Part shown: positions 15,802 through 30,800 of the stretch, piece by piece | Position numbering within the stretch: position 1 is the stretch's first letter | Layout of the letters: the number at the start of each line of letters is the position of its first letter | Assembly: GCA_964640155.1 (NCBI GenBank) | Contig: CAZXEQ010000007.1 | Span: 1-32,000 of the forward strand | Source: an uncultured bacterium | GTDB lineage: Bacteria; Auribacterota; JACPWU01 | DNA: 32,000 nucleotides | Direction: 5' to 3' | Position numbers and translations under genes: made by a program | The notes under the pieces: model-generated | Seen by the model: the letters and a program-made list of their open reading frames with translations, nothing else | Databases searched by the model: none | What the model was told of the DNA's origin: nothing

Positions 15802-18800
15802 ATGTCCTTTTTTGCGTCTGTTAAAAAAAGTTACTGGGCGAAGGGGGTAAATGTTGCTCTTTCGCTCGTTTTTATTATGTGGGATATCGCTTCCACAGGC
15901 TTCACGGAAGCTGTCTATAATAGTCCCACCAAAAGTCCTATTGAAGAACCTGCAGTAACAGCCTCCCAAGCCAAAACTCGAGCTGCCCATGAAGAAGAAA
16001 TGCAACGTCAGATGTCTGTTCAGGAACAACTCCGTAACCGAAGTCGTGAAAGTGCTGTTACTCAAATTGGACGGCAGGGTCTTTTAGCAAATCTTCCTGG
16101 GAATAGACTTGATAAACAAGCCGAACTAGATCGTATGCTTCAAGCTCAGAAATATCAGAATGAGAATGAATATATTGGTCGTAAGAACGGTGCAGATGAA
16201 TTAGGAAAACATATTGCATCATTGGGTATTAATATTACGCTTGGAAAACGAAATCTCGCCAGTGCTGCCTTAAATGTTCCTACAGGTATTTCTGGTGTTA
16301 ATCGTCAAAATATTACGAATGGTGCGATTCGTTCTGTTCCAGGGATGAGACCCAATGGTATTTTTAATATGCAAATTACTTTTGCTGGAAAACTTTTTGC
16401 TAATTTAAATCAGGAACAAATGCGTGGAAATGTGTTAGTGGGTATTACACATATGACAGGTCCAATCACATTGGAAGGTATTTCTGGTGCTGCATATGAA
16501 AATGGAAAACAGGTAGATATATTCAAGGCTCCTGATCTTTCTAAAGTTTTTATTTCTCAATACACAAATACGTCGATTGATCCTAAAGGAAATAAGATTG
16601 TTACAGATATCAAACAAAAATATACAGATACTCCTACCGAAAAGCAGCTTTTAGATAAACCTATCGATATTCTTTCCACAACTGTAGATGAGAATAAAGG
16701 TGTTACCACCAAGACACATACTTTTGATATTGATTATTATACGTCTGATGATGAAGCCAATGGAAAATTCAAAGGTTATCGCAGTGCTTATGAAAGTGTC
16801 ACAGAGTTAAGTTATGCACCCTTGGCTCCTATTCATTCCTTTGTTTCTGAGGTCAAGTATACAAAGAAATCCGTGAAAAGTGATTTGGAGGCTTTGGGTG
16901 TTACTGATCAACCTCAATTAGATGGAGACGATGGTAAGGGAAATCGTATTTTGGTGGATGATCAGGTTCAGGTGGATTATCAAAAGTTTGGATGTACCTA
17001 TGAGAATGCAGAGAGTTGCGATAATACACCTGTGACCACTTTCAAACATACGAAGTTCAATGAATACAATGTTTTTGGTGAAGTGGTTCGTTATACAGAA
17101 GAAGGTTTTAGAATTTTGGGTGGTGAACGAGCTGGAGACGTCCCCAGCAATATGAATATTGCTAATTTTAGTTCTCAAAGAGGACATTACCCTCAAGCCA
17201 TCGATTATGAAATTGAATTTAAAAATGCTGGGTATAATGCATTGGGTCAATTGATTGTGTTTGATCAAATCACTTTGGATGGTGGCTCTCGACTCACTCA
17301 GCACAGCACACGAGAATATGATTTATTTAATCGTGTGGCAAAAGCTGTAGATCAATTTACGGATGGAGAAGGAACGCGTTGGGTTGAAACCACAGAATTT
17401 CTTTCCTATTTTGAACGAGGTAGTGTTTCTGCAGGATTAGTAAGAGAACAAAGAAAAACGACGCATTATTTAAACAGCGATCAGCCAGATGTGGTGGAGA
17501 CACAAACTTTTACTTATGATGAACGCTTTGGTTTGATTGCAACAGCTGTGGGAACACGCGTCTCAGATGGGATTACGGAAGAATTTGAAAGTACTTTTGA
17601 ATATGATGATTTTGCCAATGTGATTTTTCAAAGATCGATACAGCATTATACGGGTTCTTCAGATATCGCTCCGGATGGAATTGATTTTACACGAACCACG
17701 GAAACCACTTCTGATTATGATCGCTATCGTCGTGTGACACGTAAAGAAACCTCAACTATAGAAGGTCCTTATCAGGGCGTAGACAATATTGATGGTTCTG
17801 GGGCTGGAACGACGCGGGAATTTTTTAATACAACTACCGTTGTTCAAACAGATTTTTCTTATTGTCATGGATGCTTCTTAGCGGTAGCGTATTCTGAATT
17901 GGAAACTCATTCGGGTTTAAGTACCTCTTTTGTTGGACCTATTTTTGATTTGGATGGAAGATTAATAGGTTATGGTCCAATGCAGACCGTAAATGTTAAT
18001 TATACTATCTCACGCCGCTACACAGATATTCGCTATGCCACGATCAATGGTCAGCAGACGCAATGGCCAACTTATATGAATATTGAAATTAGTGACAGTC
18101 GCTATCCCAATGTGAATGAAACAAGAACGGTAGAAAACTTTTCATTTAACTCTAGAGGATTTGTGACTTCTTCTAGAACAACTACCCATCGTTGGGGGTC
18201 TTACACCATTACGGATGTTTCAGATCCTTTGTTTGGTCAGGTTATCACTTTAGATGTTACGACCGTTGAAATTTTAGAAAGCGCTTCTTATTTTCCCAAT
18301 GGAGCTATTCGTACGTTTAGAAAAAGACTGATCGATGGAACAGGTCTTGAAATTATAGTTGAGCGTTTAGATACTTCTTATATTCCATTGGTTAATGTTC
18401 CTTCAAGAACCGTAGAAAGAACGAACAAACGAGGATTGATTTTTGTAGAGACTTACGAAGCTGTTGAAGTAGGTAGGGATTTACAAGTACATGCTTATGA
18501 TCTAAGAAGAGAATTGGGAGATCCGATGTTTAGGACGGAATTGACTCAACGCCGTAACATTATTATTAATACGTTGCTTGTTCCTGTTATGTTCACAGAT
18601 ACAGTGACCGTAACATCGGCGGCAGGGACGATGATCGAAACTCGCATCGAAAGAACACGTGTGACCGGTTTTGAAGATGGAACGGGTAGACAAATTTCAA
18701 GTCACTTTATCAGCGTTTCTCGAAGAGCAAATGGAGATATGATTACGATTCAAGATAATCAAGAACAAAGAACCAATGCCTTTGGTCAGGCTCAGGAGAC

Positions 18801-21800
18801 CATGACTTATCAAGAGCAAAGGACACATACAGCTGCAACCACTTTCGAGAGTATTTTTGTGAATCCAGCCTATTATCCAGATGGAACAACCGTTTTGCCT
18901 TATGCTGTGGCAAGTTCTGAACATACCGTAGATATTGTCTATCAGCCTTATGAACTTCCTAATACTTATACTCGAACAAGAAATGATTTTAATCCTAATT
19001 ATGATCAAAATGCAGATAGCACACTTGATGTGGCTGTTCGATCTGTGTTGGATATTACAACTCAAGTTCAGCGTTTAGCGACGACTCATCATTTTGGGCA
19101 AGAAGAAACTTTCCATGAAGTCATCACAGCTCCAGATGCTGCAAATGTCGGTGATCAAGTTGCTAAAAGAAATGCTAGAGCTGATGTAACGATTGATCGA
19201 CGACAAACAGCCGCTACGTTTAATACGACTACTTTTAATGTTGAAAGTTTTGTTCAGGTGACGCGTGAAACAGGAACAGATTCTGTCACAGGTGAAATTT
19301 TAGATGCAACCACTACCAATACAACAAGTAGCATCGCGGTTAATACATTAGGTCAATTGGTATCACAAAATGAAGTTTTAGACTTACCGACAGGTGATAC
19401 GGTAACGACTCAAACAACAGATACTACTTATAATGAACTTGGTTTAAAAACAGGTGAGACTCAAAGGATTTCAAGATCTGGTGAAACCGACAAATATGTT
19501 ATTCGAACTCTTTCAAATGGTGCCTATACAGTTGCTAATCAACTTTATAGTTTCACCAATGCAAGTACGACTTATATTGGAGGAGTTCAGGGGATCACTG
19601 TAACGGTGACGCGTGTGGCGGATACTGCTAATGGTGTAGCACTTGCGACACAGTTTGACATTGCCGGAAGAGAGACTCGAGTGAGTGAGTTTACTCGGAC
19701 CACAGGATCTGGAACAGACTCGATAGGAAACACGCTTTCAATAGATACTTTAGTGAAGGAATATACGCTTAACACTTACAACGCTGTGAGCCAGGTAACG
19801 TCTTCTGAAAGTTATATCTTGGATGACTTATCCGATGGAGTTGAGGATGATGCAGGGTCTGTTCAACATATTTCTAGAACCAGAACTTATAATCTTTTGG
19901 GCCAAGTTCAAACAGAAAGTGATGAAAGTTTTTCAACGCGAGCAGATGACTTGATTGTTCAAAATAGCAGGTCCTTGACGGATCGATACGCCAATGGTTT
20001 GGAAAATCAATATACAGCGACTGAAGTTAGGCAGCAAGTAACTGCTTCTGTGAACTTTGCTACGAAAACGTTTTCCTCGGCTGTTGTGGATCCTCCGGCT
20101 TTTAGAACGCGAGCTGTAACCACACGCGCTTCGACTTTATATTTTGATTCAACCAGTACATTTGGTGGAAAGCTCAGAGGTTTTGAAGAGGATGTTCAAG
20201 AAGCGTATTGGAATACAGGGACATTGGCTTATGTGAACTTTGATTATGAGACAAGAAATATTCGACTTTTTAATTCAACCGATGGATATAATACTTCAGG
20301 TAATGCCAATCATTATGCCAGTCACGAGATCAGAATGGATACTTTGGGTGGGACACAAGGTGATGAGTATTTAACTTATGATGTGATTGATCGACAAAGT
20401 ACAACGTATAATGTGTTTGAGCAAGTGTTTGGTTACACTCAAGTTACTTCAAATCTTTCGCCTCCTTTAACGCGTACAACTTTGGTTACAGGAGGAACCA
20501 TTTCTGCATTTCCTCCGACACTAACAACTCTTTCAACGTTGCCTACATTGCCCATTTCGTCTGCACCTGGAGTGCAAGAGACAACCGTTTTCAGTCGCGG
20601 TTTTTATAATGACCAAGGCCATTTATATAGTTCTCGTCGTGTGGATACCGATAATTTTACATCTGTTACAAGGACAACCAATCAAGTAAGTGCGAGTTAT
20701 GACATTCATGGTCGAGAAACAGGTTCAATTCAGACCATTGCAACATTGGCGTTGGATGGGACAACAACCGTTCTCAATACTCTTGTAGAGAGAACAACCA
20801 CAGGCATAACTTATGATTCAGCCAGTGGTACAGAAGACTTTGATTTGCTAAGGGAACAATCAGTTCAAACTCAAGATTTTGATGCAACGCTTACTACTCC
20901 TACGCCACTTCCTGTGACCACCTTAGAAGAAACTCGCAACATCGCTTATGATATTGCAGGGCGCCAAACAAGGTATATTCAGCTAACGGATCGGACTGCA
21001 GATGCTGGTTCTACTATACCTGATCTCCCAGATGGACTTCGTACTCGTTCTGTTGAGTCTCTAACAGGCATTACCTACAATGGATTTAATTTGGTGACGA
21101 GTCGCAGTACAACACGCAATGACTCTTCGAGGCCTTGGGCTTTGACTTCACGTGTTGAAGAAACGACTTATGATGTTTTTGGAAGATCGGAAGATACTTT
21201 AACTACAGACACTGAAATGTCTCATGAAATTTCAGGAATGGGATTTTCTTTGCCTGTTTCGAGTGGAACAACGCCCGATTTTTTAACAGCCTATTTTGCA
21301 CAAGGAGCTTCACCGAGTTATGGTGTAGATTTTCAGCTTTTGAGACAAGGTGTGTTTAGTTATACCGCTACAACCAATATGTCTGTAACGACCACAGGGA
21401 TAATTAATTTGGATACTGATAATGATGGGACGATTGAAGCAGGTGAGGGATATCTTAATGTGGATGTAGACGGAGATGGGGCAATCAGCGTTGCAGAAAG
21501 TGCAAGAAGAGTTCTGGCAAGTTATCGCTATACGGATTCAAGTGGAACTTATACGGTTAATTTGGACGTAGATGGAGATGGACGTTTAGATCAGGGAACA
21601 GAGTTTGATATCAATACAGGTCATTCTTTGAGCTATATTTGGCAAAATACTTCAGGAGGATCTGCAACAACGGTCAGCAATATGGTTTTCAATGATCAAA
21701 ATAGATTAACGCAATATTTTAATGGGACATCAACTGTCTCAGTAACTTATTCGACGGATCCTACGCTTAATGCTCATAGAGCTGAAATTCCTGAAGCAGC

Positions 21801-24800
21801 GATGACAGGAGTTCAAACCAATACTCCTTTTGTTGAAGATACTCCTGCTCTTCATGCCCCGTTTTTTGTATATCAGGAAAATGTGACCCGGACTAGAGAT
21901 ACAACTTTGGACAGAGATATTTATAATCGTGTTACAAGTCATTTAGAAGTTCAAAATGATGCTGCTTCTTTTGGAACAGTGAGAACCACTTTGGTCACTG
22001 ACATGACTTATAATGCTATTACAGGATTACAAAGTGCTGAGAACCGCGAGACTTACACAGCGGGTTCAAGGATTATTGAACCTGATAACGCAGGCTATTT
22101 TAGAAATTTTAGAGTGATTGATAATTTTAGTGATTCTACCTTTTCCTCTTCTTCGGGAGTCCATGTCAGAACTTTTGCTTATACCTATGATGCAACTCCA
22201 ACTGATTTATTTAATGGAGATGAATTAACTTTTACGATGCAGGTGACAGGAACGGCTGTACGTGGTAGTGGTCCTGAGCTACCTAACCTTGATGCCACAC
22301 ATACAATCAATGCTGCTATTAGTCCAGAGTTGTGGGTTCCAACACAAGTGACTTATGATGCGACGAATACATCTGGAACATCAGTACAATCAGGGACATT
22401 AGACTTGAGCTATGATGCAGATTCTGGAATGGTAAGCAATTTTACACATGTAGGATCTGAATTGGGTGGAGGAGCTTTTGATTTTACATTTACAGGTATT
22501 GCTTATGATGGAAATAATCGCATGTCGAGGTATACACTCACAGATGCTTCAGTTGGTGCGCCCCCTTCAAATAGCAATACCTACGCGATGGAATATTATG
22601 TCACAACACGCAGTGAAGATACAAATGGAAATGGGTCACTTGATGCAGGTGAAGATACCATTTATGCTAATGGAACACTCGATACAAACATTGTCGAGTT
22701 TTCTAATCCGGCTCGTGGAACTTTGGTCAGTCGCTATGATCCAGCAGACTGGAGCATCGATGGCTATGTTCGAATGTCGACACTTGGAACTGCAGATACT
22801 GAAGTTGCTCAAGCGGGGCCAACATACGGAAGACTTTTGGATGAAGATGTAGACGCAGATGGGATGTTGGAAGGTAGTGAGGATCAAGATGGAGATGGGA
22901 TGAGAGATGTTCGTGGTTCTACTATTTCTATTCCTCCTCCTGGTCTTTCTTTTGGCCTGGTTGGGGTGGGTTTAAGAATTCCTACTTTTGCTTATCAAGA
23001 AGTAAGAGAATTTACTTCCAGAACTTTTAATAGTTATGATATTCGAGGGTTTGAGTCCGAAAGAACGGATGTGGTTATTTCAAGCGACACACCTGGTATT
23101 CGAAGAACTATTGTGACTGAAACAACAACCTCCGATTCTGGATTTACAGCCAGCACCACTAGAACAGAAAGCCATGCACGAAATAGTTATCAAACAGGGG
23201 GTGTCAGAGGCTTGGCTTGGGATTCATCAGCTACTGCACTTCGTGGAACAGCTCGCAGCTTTTTCTTTGATGATCGTGATCGCGTTCAGCGTCAGGCGAC
23301 GAGTGTTACCTATTATGTAAGTTCTGCTAACGGAACGGATGTTGTGTCCGGTGGTTCTACACAACCTGTAGGAGCTGTAGCTGGATATACGGTGGGGGGT
23401 GTGGTCTATTCCAATATTGTTTATGATGTATCACCCACTTCTCAGAATTATGGCATGATGAGCGAGTTTACGAGAAATGCAATACCTTATGATATTACTG
23501 CTTTTGATAATCATGGTCGTCCGACAGCATGGACATTTGGTGCCAATACGGTAACAGCAGTAACTTATGATTTAGAAGATCAGGTGGTTGCGAATGTTTC
23601 TTCTACGGATGTGTCTCCGGGAGGTGGAATTTATCGCTATACTTTGAATGCGGGGGTTCCAGTAACGGCAACAGCTTTAACTGCACCTCTTGATGATTCA
23701 CTGATTGGAAACATTAACAGTGTTCTTTTTATGCAATATTCAACTCATGACACTCGCTCCGTAAGCGAATTTCAATATGACAATCAGGGAAGAACGATTT
23801 ACGAAGAAGTAACCAGTGTTGATGATCAAAGGCTTACTTCGAGACAGCAAGTGATTAATCGAACCAATGCTTGGCATTCCAGTGGACTTCCATTTTATAC
23901 TTCAACAAGTCAGTCTAGTATTGGAATGGATTTTACAGGTTTGGATTTATATGGAGCTACATATGACCCTTCTGATCCTTTAAGATTGACAGGGTTTAGC
24001 ATGTTTGTGAGATCTGGTCCGGGGCGTGTCAATACACCAACCAATCTTCCTGTCAACACAACAACTAATGAGGGAACAGTTATTACAGTGAGTGATATTG
24101 TGTGGGAAACTACTGGGACCGAGGATAGCACTGGGAGATTGGTCATACATCGACCTATCTCTTTTACATATAATGTAGATTTTCCTCCAAGCATGGGCAC
24201 AGATATTAATGGCGCTACATTTTCCTCACCCACTTATAATGAAACAGATTTTTTTGATCGTAATAGTGGTGCTATGACAGGTTTTACTTTTACGGAAGGG
24301 GCGGTAACGACAACAGTGACTGGGATTGCCTATGACAATATGAGAAGGTATTCCAACTATACTAGTTTTAATGGCACGACAACTACGACAACGCCCGTGA
24401 CACTTTATAACCCCGTGACAGGACGAGCTCAATCACCCTCAACTTTGACGGGTCTTCCTTCACTTCCCATTTTTTATTTTCAGGATGTTCGTAATTTTGT
24501 GGAAGACCTGAATGGTAATGAACAGATAACGGAATCTGTCATTGAGCATGATCGATATTTGAGAGAATTAAATGTAAGAAGTCATGAAGTTGAAAATGCA
24601 ACTCCTGCCTTGAGAATTTTTAGAGATACTCGAAATACCTATCGTCAGGGAGAGGCTGTACAGGTGAGGACCTTTGTAAGGAAAGTAGGAGACACAGAGA
24701 ATACCGGAGGGCTTCGCAGTGTGACGCGTTATGGAGCAGCTTCCCCGTATGCCAATAGAATTTCCGGGTATGAATATTTAAGCGTTTCTGGAACTTTGAC

Positions 24801-27800
24801 AGTTTCTAATATTACTTATTCAACGGAACCAGGTTTGGAAGATGTGATTGTTAGTTGGAATGTTTATGATGGGACTACAACTACTACTAATACCATGACT
24901 CCTTATACAACCACCATTACTGCATCTGGTCAGTTTGCGGGTCGACCTCAAGTAATTAATAATACCTATCGGGATACGCTTATTGACAGTATCGTTTATG
25001 AAAGTGGAGGGGTTGTTACTCCTGATACAGCCCGTCCGACAAGTTGGAATCAAGGGAATATGCAATTTGATGGTGTTACTGTAACTGGAACTTTCAGGAT
25101 GGCTATTTCAGGTGTCAGTTATGCTGCACCTGCAGCTGGAACTGAATTTCCTCCTATACTAACTGTTAGTTCGTATAGCATCAATCCAGGTTCTGGGGGA
25201 AATAGATCTATTCGATCTCCTGCATTAGGACTTTTGCGGGAACTTGATTGGTCGGTAGCGTATCCACCCGGATTCAAAAATGTGCGAAATACGGTGGATT
25301 TGCAAACTTTGTCTATTGAGAGAAGGGCAAGAGATATTGGAGGAAATATTATTGGGAGCTTTACAAAGGAGAGAGATCAGAGTAAACCAGGTTTAACGAC
25401 TTATCGCACAATAAGTCGAGGTTTTGGGAGCACAGGTCTTGCAATTCGAGAACGCGAAATTGCTCAGGAAAGGGGTTTTAATGTTTCATCTTTGTCCTTG
25501 CCGTTTGGAACGCTTATAGGTGCTACGTTTGCGAGTGGAGACTTGGATGGTGAGATAGATACGTTGCGTATGCGATTTAACTCAGGCTCCAGAACGATCA
25601 ATGCAACACTGAGCAATTTTGTCATTCCCCCGGGTGGTTTTTTGCCTACGCAATATGAAGTAGCGTTGACTGGGGTGGGGATTGGAGGATCGGTTACTCA
25701 GATAGTCTATATCAATCCGGACAGCGATTTTTATCAAACTTATAGCGACACGCGTACTTTCGGTAGACCCAGATCTTTTAGAGTTGAGACCATTTCTGGA
25801 AATGCAGAAAGCATGGTTTCTATTGAAGACATTCATTATGATCTAGAAAATACAGTGACTTCTCGGCGTGGCTTCCCAAGAGATTTTAGAATCAGGTGGG
25901 ATGAAAATTTGGTAGATGGTGTTAGAATTGACTCTACGGGTACGAATGTAGGTGGTACCCCCAGCGGAGATAATATATGGGGATATGATTATGATGCGAA
26001 TGGAGATGGTGATGTGGATGATCCAGGGGATATCGATCAAGATCCTACTATTCCTACGACATTTGATGGAATTCAAAGGGATTTCTTGGGGAATATTTTA
26101 GCCATGAGTTATTATTTGCCGAATGGTTTGTTTTCACCGTCTGTTCCTTATGGAGATGTAGACGGGGATAATATTTTAAGAAGTCCCATTGATATTACAA
26201 ATGCAACTTTAAGTACGACAGGACCAACAGCTAACAATGCAGGTCGTTATCAAAGTTGGGTGTATCATTTTCAAAGAAACAGTGGTTTTCAAGCAACAGG
26301 AACTTTTATCTATGATGCTCCTGGCTTTCCAGGAACGGATGGCTATACTGCGCAGCTTAACAATACTGCTCCCTCTGCTGGTTTTCGTCTAGGACTTGAC
26401 ACAGATGGGGTTCCTGCGACAATTGAAATCGATGAAGCTTTTGTTCAGGGAACATATACAGTTAGCTCGGGCGGTGTTGCTTATGATGATAACGGCTATG
26501 TTCGTACCCTGACTGTAGGTTTTGCTCCACGTGCAGATCCGTCTTGGGGCTCAATGCCTTCCAGAACATTCACCTATGACACAACCACAACCGATGATGA
26601 ATTTGGTAGTACAGGTTTAGCTGCTCAGATGCGTGCTTTTTTCTATCCAACCCATCGCATGTTTGGTTATCAAGTTTCAGCAGAACCTTTGAATTTGGGA
26701 ATTCAGTTTGATGCAGATGGCATAGGAGGAACAGATTCAGGGGCGCTTATGGCCAATCGCATGATCACCTACGATATTCTATCACGAGACGAGGTAACAG
26801 ATCGGCATATTTTTTATAACTCTAGGGACATTCCGTTAGGTACACTAAGTCGGAAGGTATCCAATTCGGCTTCTCGAGTAGTGACTTATGAGGACATTGT
26901 TCGCCATGGAAATAATCTAGGCCAAATTGATTATCAAAGGACCATGAAGCGGGATAGAGATATTGGGGCTTCTGCTACGTCAGCTGCTTGGTATACGGGA
27001 GATGTATTGACTCGAAAAAATCCTGAAATGATATTCAATGATGCAGCTAGTACTATTGCAGGTCAGCAAGATGAGTATGTCTATGAGTTACTGGGGATTG
27101 GACATGAAGTCACGGGCGGAGAATACAATTTTAATCTTTTAAACTATACTCCCGGTTTTGAAGTGAGTTATTTAAGTCCGACCATTACAGCTATTTTAGC
27201 TCAAAATATATTGGGTATTCGAGATGGCGGGCTCGGTTTTGCAACGGAGTTTGAGCAAGCGGCTGCACAGGTGGTTTCTGGAATAGGATTTAGTCCTTCA
27301 GATCCAGATCCTCTTTACACAACTCAAGGGACGGTTCTTTATGGAAATCCTGTTCCGGGAGGATCAGGTTCCATTTTTAATTATCAAATGTCGGGTTTAG
27401 AGTATTCCGAGTTGGCTTCTTCTTTTGATGAGCCAATCGATTATCTCTTAGGCTTTTCTCCTTATGTTCCGACGGAATATGGAGAGAGTACAACAAGGCC
27501 TGGATCAGCGGCAGGATTACGTACCCCTGTTAATTCTAATGTTCGAGCCTTCTTAAATGGTTTACATATTCAGCTTCGCGACACCATTCGTACCGATGAA
27601 ATCACAGAAGAAAGATTTGTGTTTAATGTTTTTGGTCAGGTCATTGCGCAGTTTCAAGAGATTCAAACAAGTCTAAATAATCGAGGCGGTTTAATTACTT
27701 TTGTTGAGCAAGCGATTTTCTTTAATGCTGCCGGTTTAATTGATCGAACGATTACAGAGACCAGAGAATTATCAAGACAACGTGCTGAAGAAATTGCTAA

Positions 27801-30800
27801 TGGCCGATTATCGGCAGATCAGATTCAAGCCGAGACCCGAGTCCAGGATGTGAATGCGCAACAGCAGGCTGAAGAACGGGGCCGCAGAATAGAATCTACG
27901 TCTCGTGAGTCTGAGCGAGGTGCTGAAGCGACGCTTGAAGGCGCAGACGAATCTACATTCAATGTACGCGCTCCGAGTTTTGGTGAATTAACTCTTATTC
28001 CCTATGAATCATATTTTGCATATTTGTTTTATGATCTGACGGGTTATCGTACCCGTGAAGAACCTACACGAACCCCTCCAGGAATTACACCTGGACGAGG
28101 TGAGAGTACAGCAGCACCTGCCCGTGTGTCTGAAACCAGAGAAACAGAAAGGGAACGAGAAAAATATACGTATACGGAAACACAGTTTAATTACAATCGA
28201 ATGGGGCAAGCAGTTGAAGAATATTCTTTGGAGCGTGGTTTAGATCGTGTTGAACGACGCACATTTACTTCCAGGCTTTTTGATCTTTTAGGGCGGGTTC
28301 GTTTTGAATTACGCCGGATTCTTGAACAAGATATCGATGGCATTGGCGCACGTCAAGCTGCTGCAGCTGCAAGAGGTAGAGGTCTCCAGCTTATGTTGGG
28401 TGCGATACAGGTACCTTTTGTGATGGGCGCAGGCATGATGGGTGGATTTTCAGTTCAAATGATGATGATGCGCTCGGGAAGTTTTTATGATGTTTCTGGA
28501 ATTGGTTTAGGAATGGGTTCAACTCTTTTGGGTGGAGCTCCTGCACCAATAGACGAATCTCCTGAGTTACCACAGGATGGAACTGTTGAGGGTCTTATGC
28601 GTCGGGCAGCAGGGTTGGAAGTTCAGCTTGTTTTGGGAGCCATGCTCAGATCGCCAGATTTAACTCCTCGGGATATAATGTCGCCGCCCGAAGTTGCGGA
28701 TGATGAACCGCTTCCGATTGGACTAACGCCAACTTCTCCGGGTGAAGGGATTGGAATTTCTCCTGAGGCAGGTACAATCGGAGAAACTGGATATAGTGAT
28801 GTTCGAAATTGGATTGATCGAATCATTCAACAAGGGCCCGCAGGTACAGGGGCCGAAAATCAAATCATGGTGAATTTGGTAGGTGCTCAATTAGGCAATA
28901 CCCGCGAGCGACCTCATGTGGCAGAAAATCGTGGAGTTAATAATGAAACCACAACCATCACTTGGTATAGCTATGATTATCGTGGAAGAATGTTAGGTCG
29001 AGATACCTATACCATTGATCGTTCTCGTCCTGCTTTAACACAACATAGTTCAGAGGTGTTGCATTATCGTGGCTTTAATGAGGCTTATCGGCGTGATTAT
29101 TCAAATGATAGTCATGGAATAGATTTTAATAATCCAGAGTTTCGCGATGCTCAGATTGTGAGTCGAGATAGAAACAATCTTGTTTTAAGAGCCAGAGACG
29201 GTACGCGTATCGAAGTTCAGATGGATCCTGCTCATCCGGATCGTATGCTGAGTCAAACACTTATTTATCCAAATGGTCAGCGAGAAACCTATAGTAATTT
29301 TGAATACGATGTGAATGGGCAAGTTACTCGATTTAGACATACAGATAGAGGTAGTCAAACAGTTCAGACGGACATTGCACGAGATGCTCGGAGTGGAGCC
29401 ATTACGGGTTACACAAAATCACAAGTGATTCCTGCTTCCAATGGGCAAGCTGAGCGACTTGAAGAGACTCGACGTGTGACCCAGATTATTGAGAATAATC
29501 GTGTTGTGGGATATAGCGTAAGAGAAGGCGGAGTTGGTGGTCCAACACAAGAATATAGAAATATTCAACAAGGCGGTGCTGCAGGGCAAGGCATAGCAAG
29601 TTTTCAACGTTGTGGAAGCGGAAATACAAATTGCGAGACGGTTACTAATCCATCTGCTGAAGATCAGGCATTTCTTCAAGGATTATCAAATCCTCTTCAA
29701 GGCCAGCGCACAGCTCCTCCAGTTGCTATTCTGAATTCTTCCAGCCGAGGAACACAATATCTTTACTATGATCAGAACCGTTCTGTTGTCTTCACTGCAG
29801 AGGTCAGATGGGATAGTTCCAGGCCTAATGCAGTCACTCAAGTTTATACAGCTTATAAATACAATAATTATGGTGAAGTGATTGATCAACAGAGTCTAAC
29901 AGGTGAAGGGACACCAGAACAAATAGGTGCTTTTGTTCCTCCTGCTTTAGATCAAGACTCAGATAGCAGAGGTTTGTCACGGGCTCAGACAGCTGGAAAT
30001 GTCAGACGACTTTTGCAAGAATCGCGAGCAGGTTCAGGAGGACCGGGAGAAAGACGTTCGCCAACTCCAGAAGATTTAGGTTCCATGGAAAGAGAAGATT
30101 TTATTTATCCGCCCGGTTTAGGTCCCGATCCAATTAGACCTAGAGAAAGTGATATGGGGTTAGGCGTACAACCGTTGAGTCCAGATGCACTGCAGCAAGC
30201 AGACCGTATCCAGCCAGGCCGTCCAGAGGGTTCGGGTCTTGTAGAACCCATTCGAACAGAAAATATTCTTCAATATCAAGTGACACCTTTGGAGGGTCGT
30301 GATGGCGACTTGACTCCAGGAGGAGCAGGTTTTCGGATGATTCAAGAAGATACAGGTTCTTTGGGGTCAGGATTAGGAGATTGGAATTTAGGAGGTGCTG
30401 ATTTTCAAATGGGAGGACTGGAAGACTCAAGGAATTTGGGAACAAGTGTTTCTCTTTTAAATCTTTTAATTTCTGGTTTAGAGAGATCTCCATCACAACC
30501 TGATTTTCAAATGAATCGTTTGATAGATGAAAGTCGAATGACGGTTCGAGAAGGCTTAAGAGGTCCAGATATCAGTGGAGTAGAAATTCCTGATCGTGGC
30601 AGTATTGAATTGTCGGGAGATATTTTACACCTTATGGCGGGTGGCTTAATGGATAGCAGAGGATTGGGTGCAGATATGACTTTAGGAGTAGCAGGAGCAG
30701 GGTTTGGTTTGGGTATTTTCAATTTTGAAAATGCGACACGTCAGACAGGATCTACGACAAGAACATCAACAATTAATTTTGTTTCTTTATTTCTTTTAGG

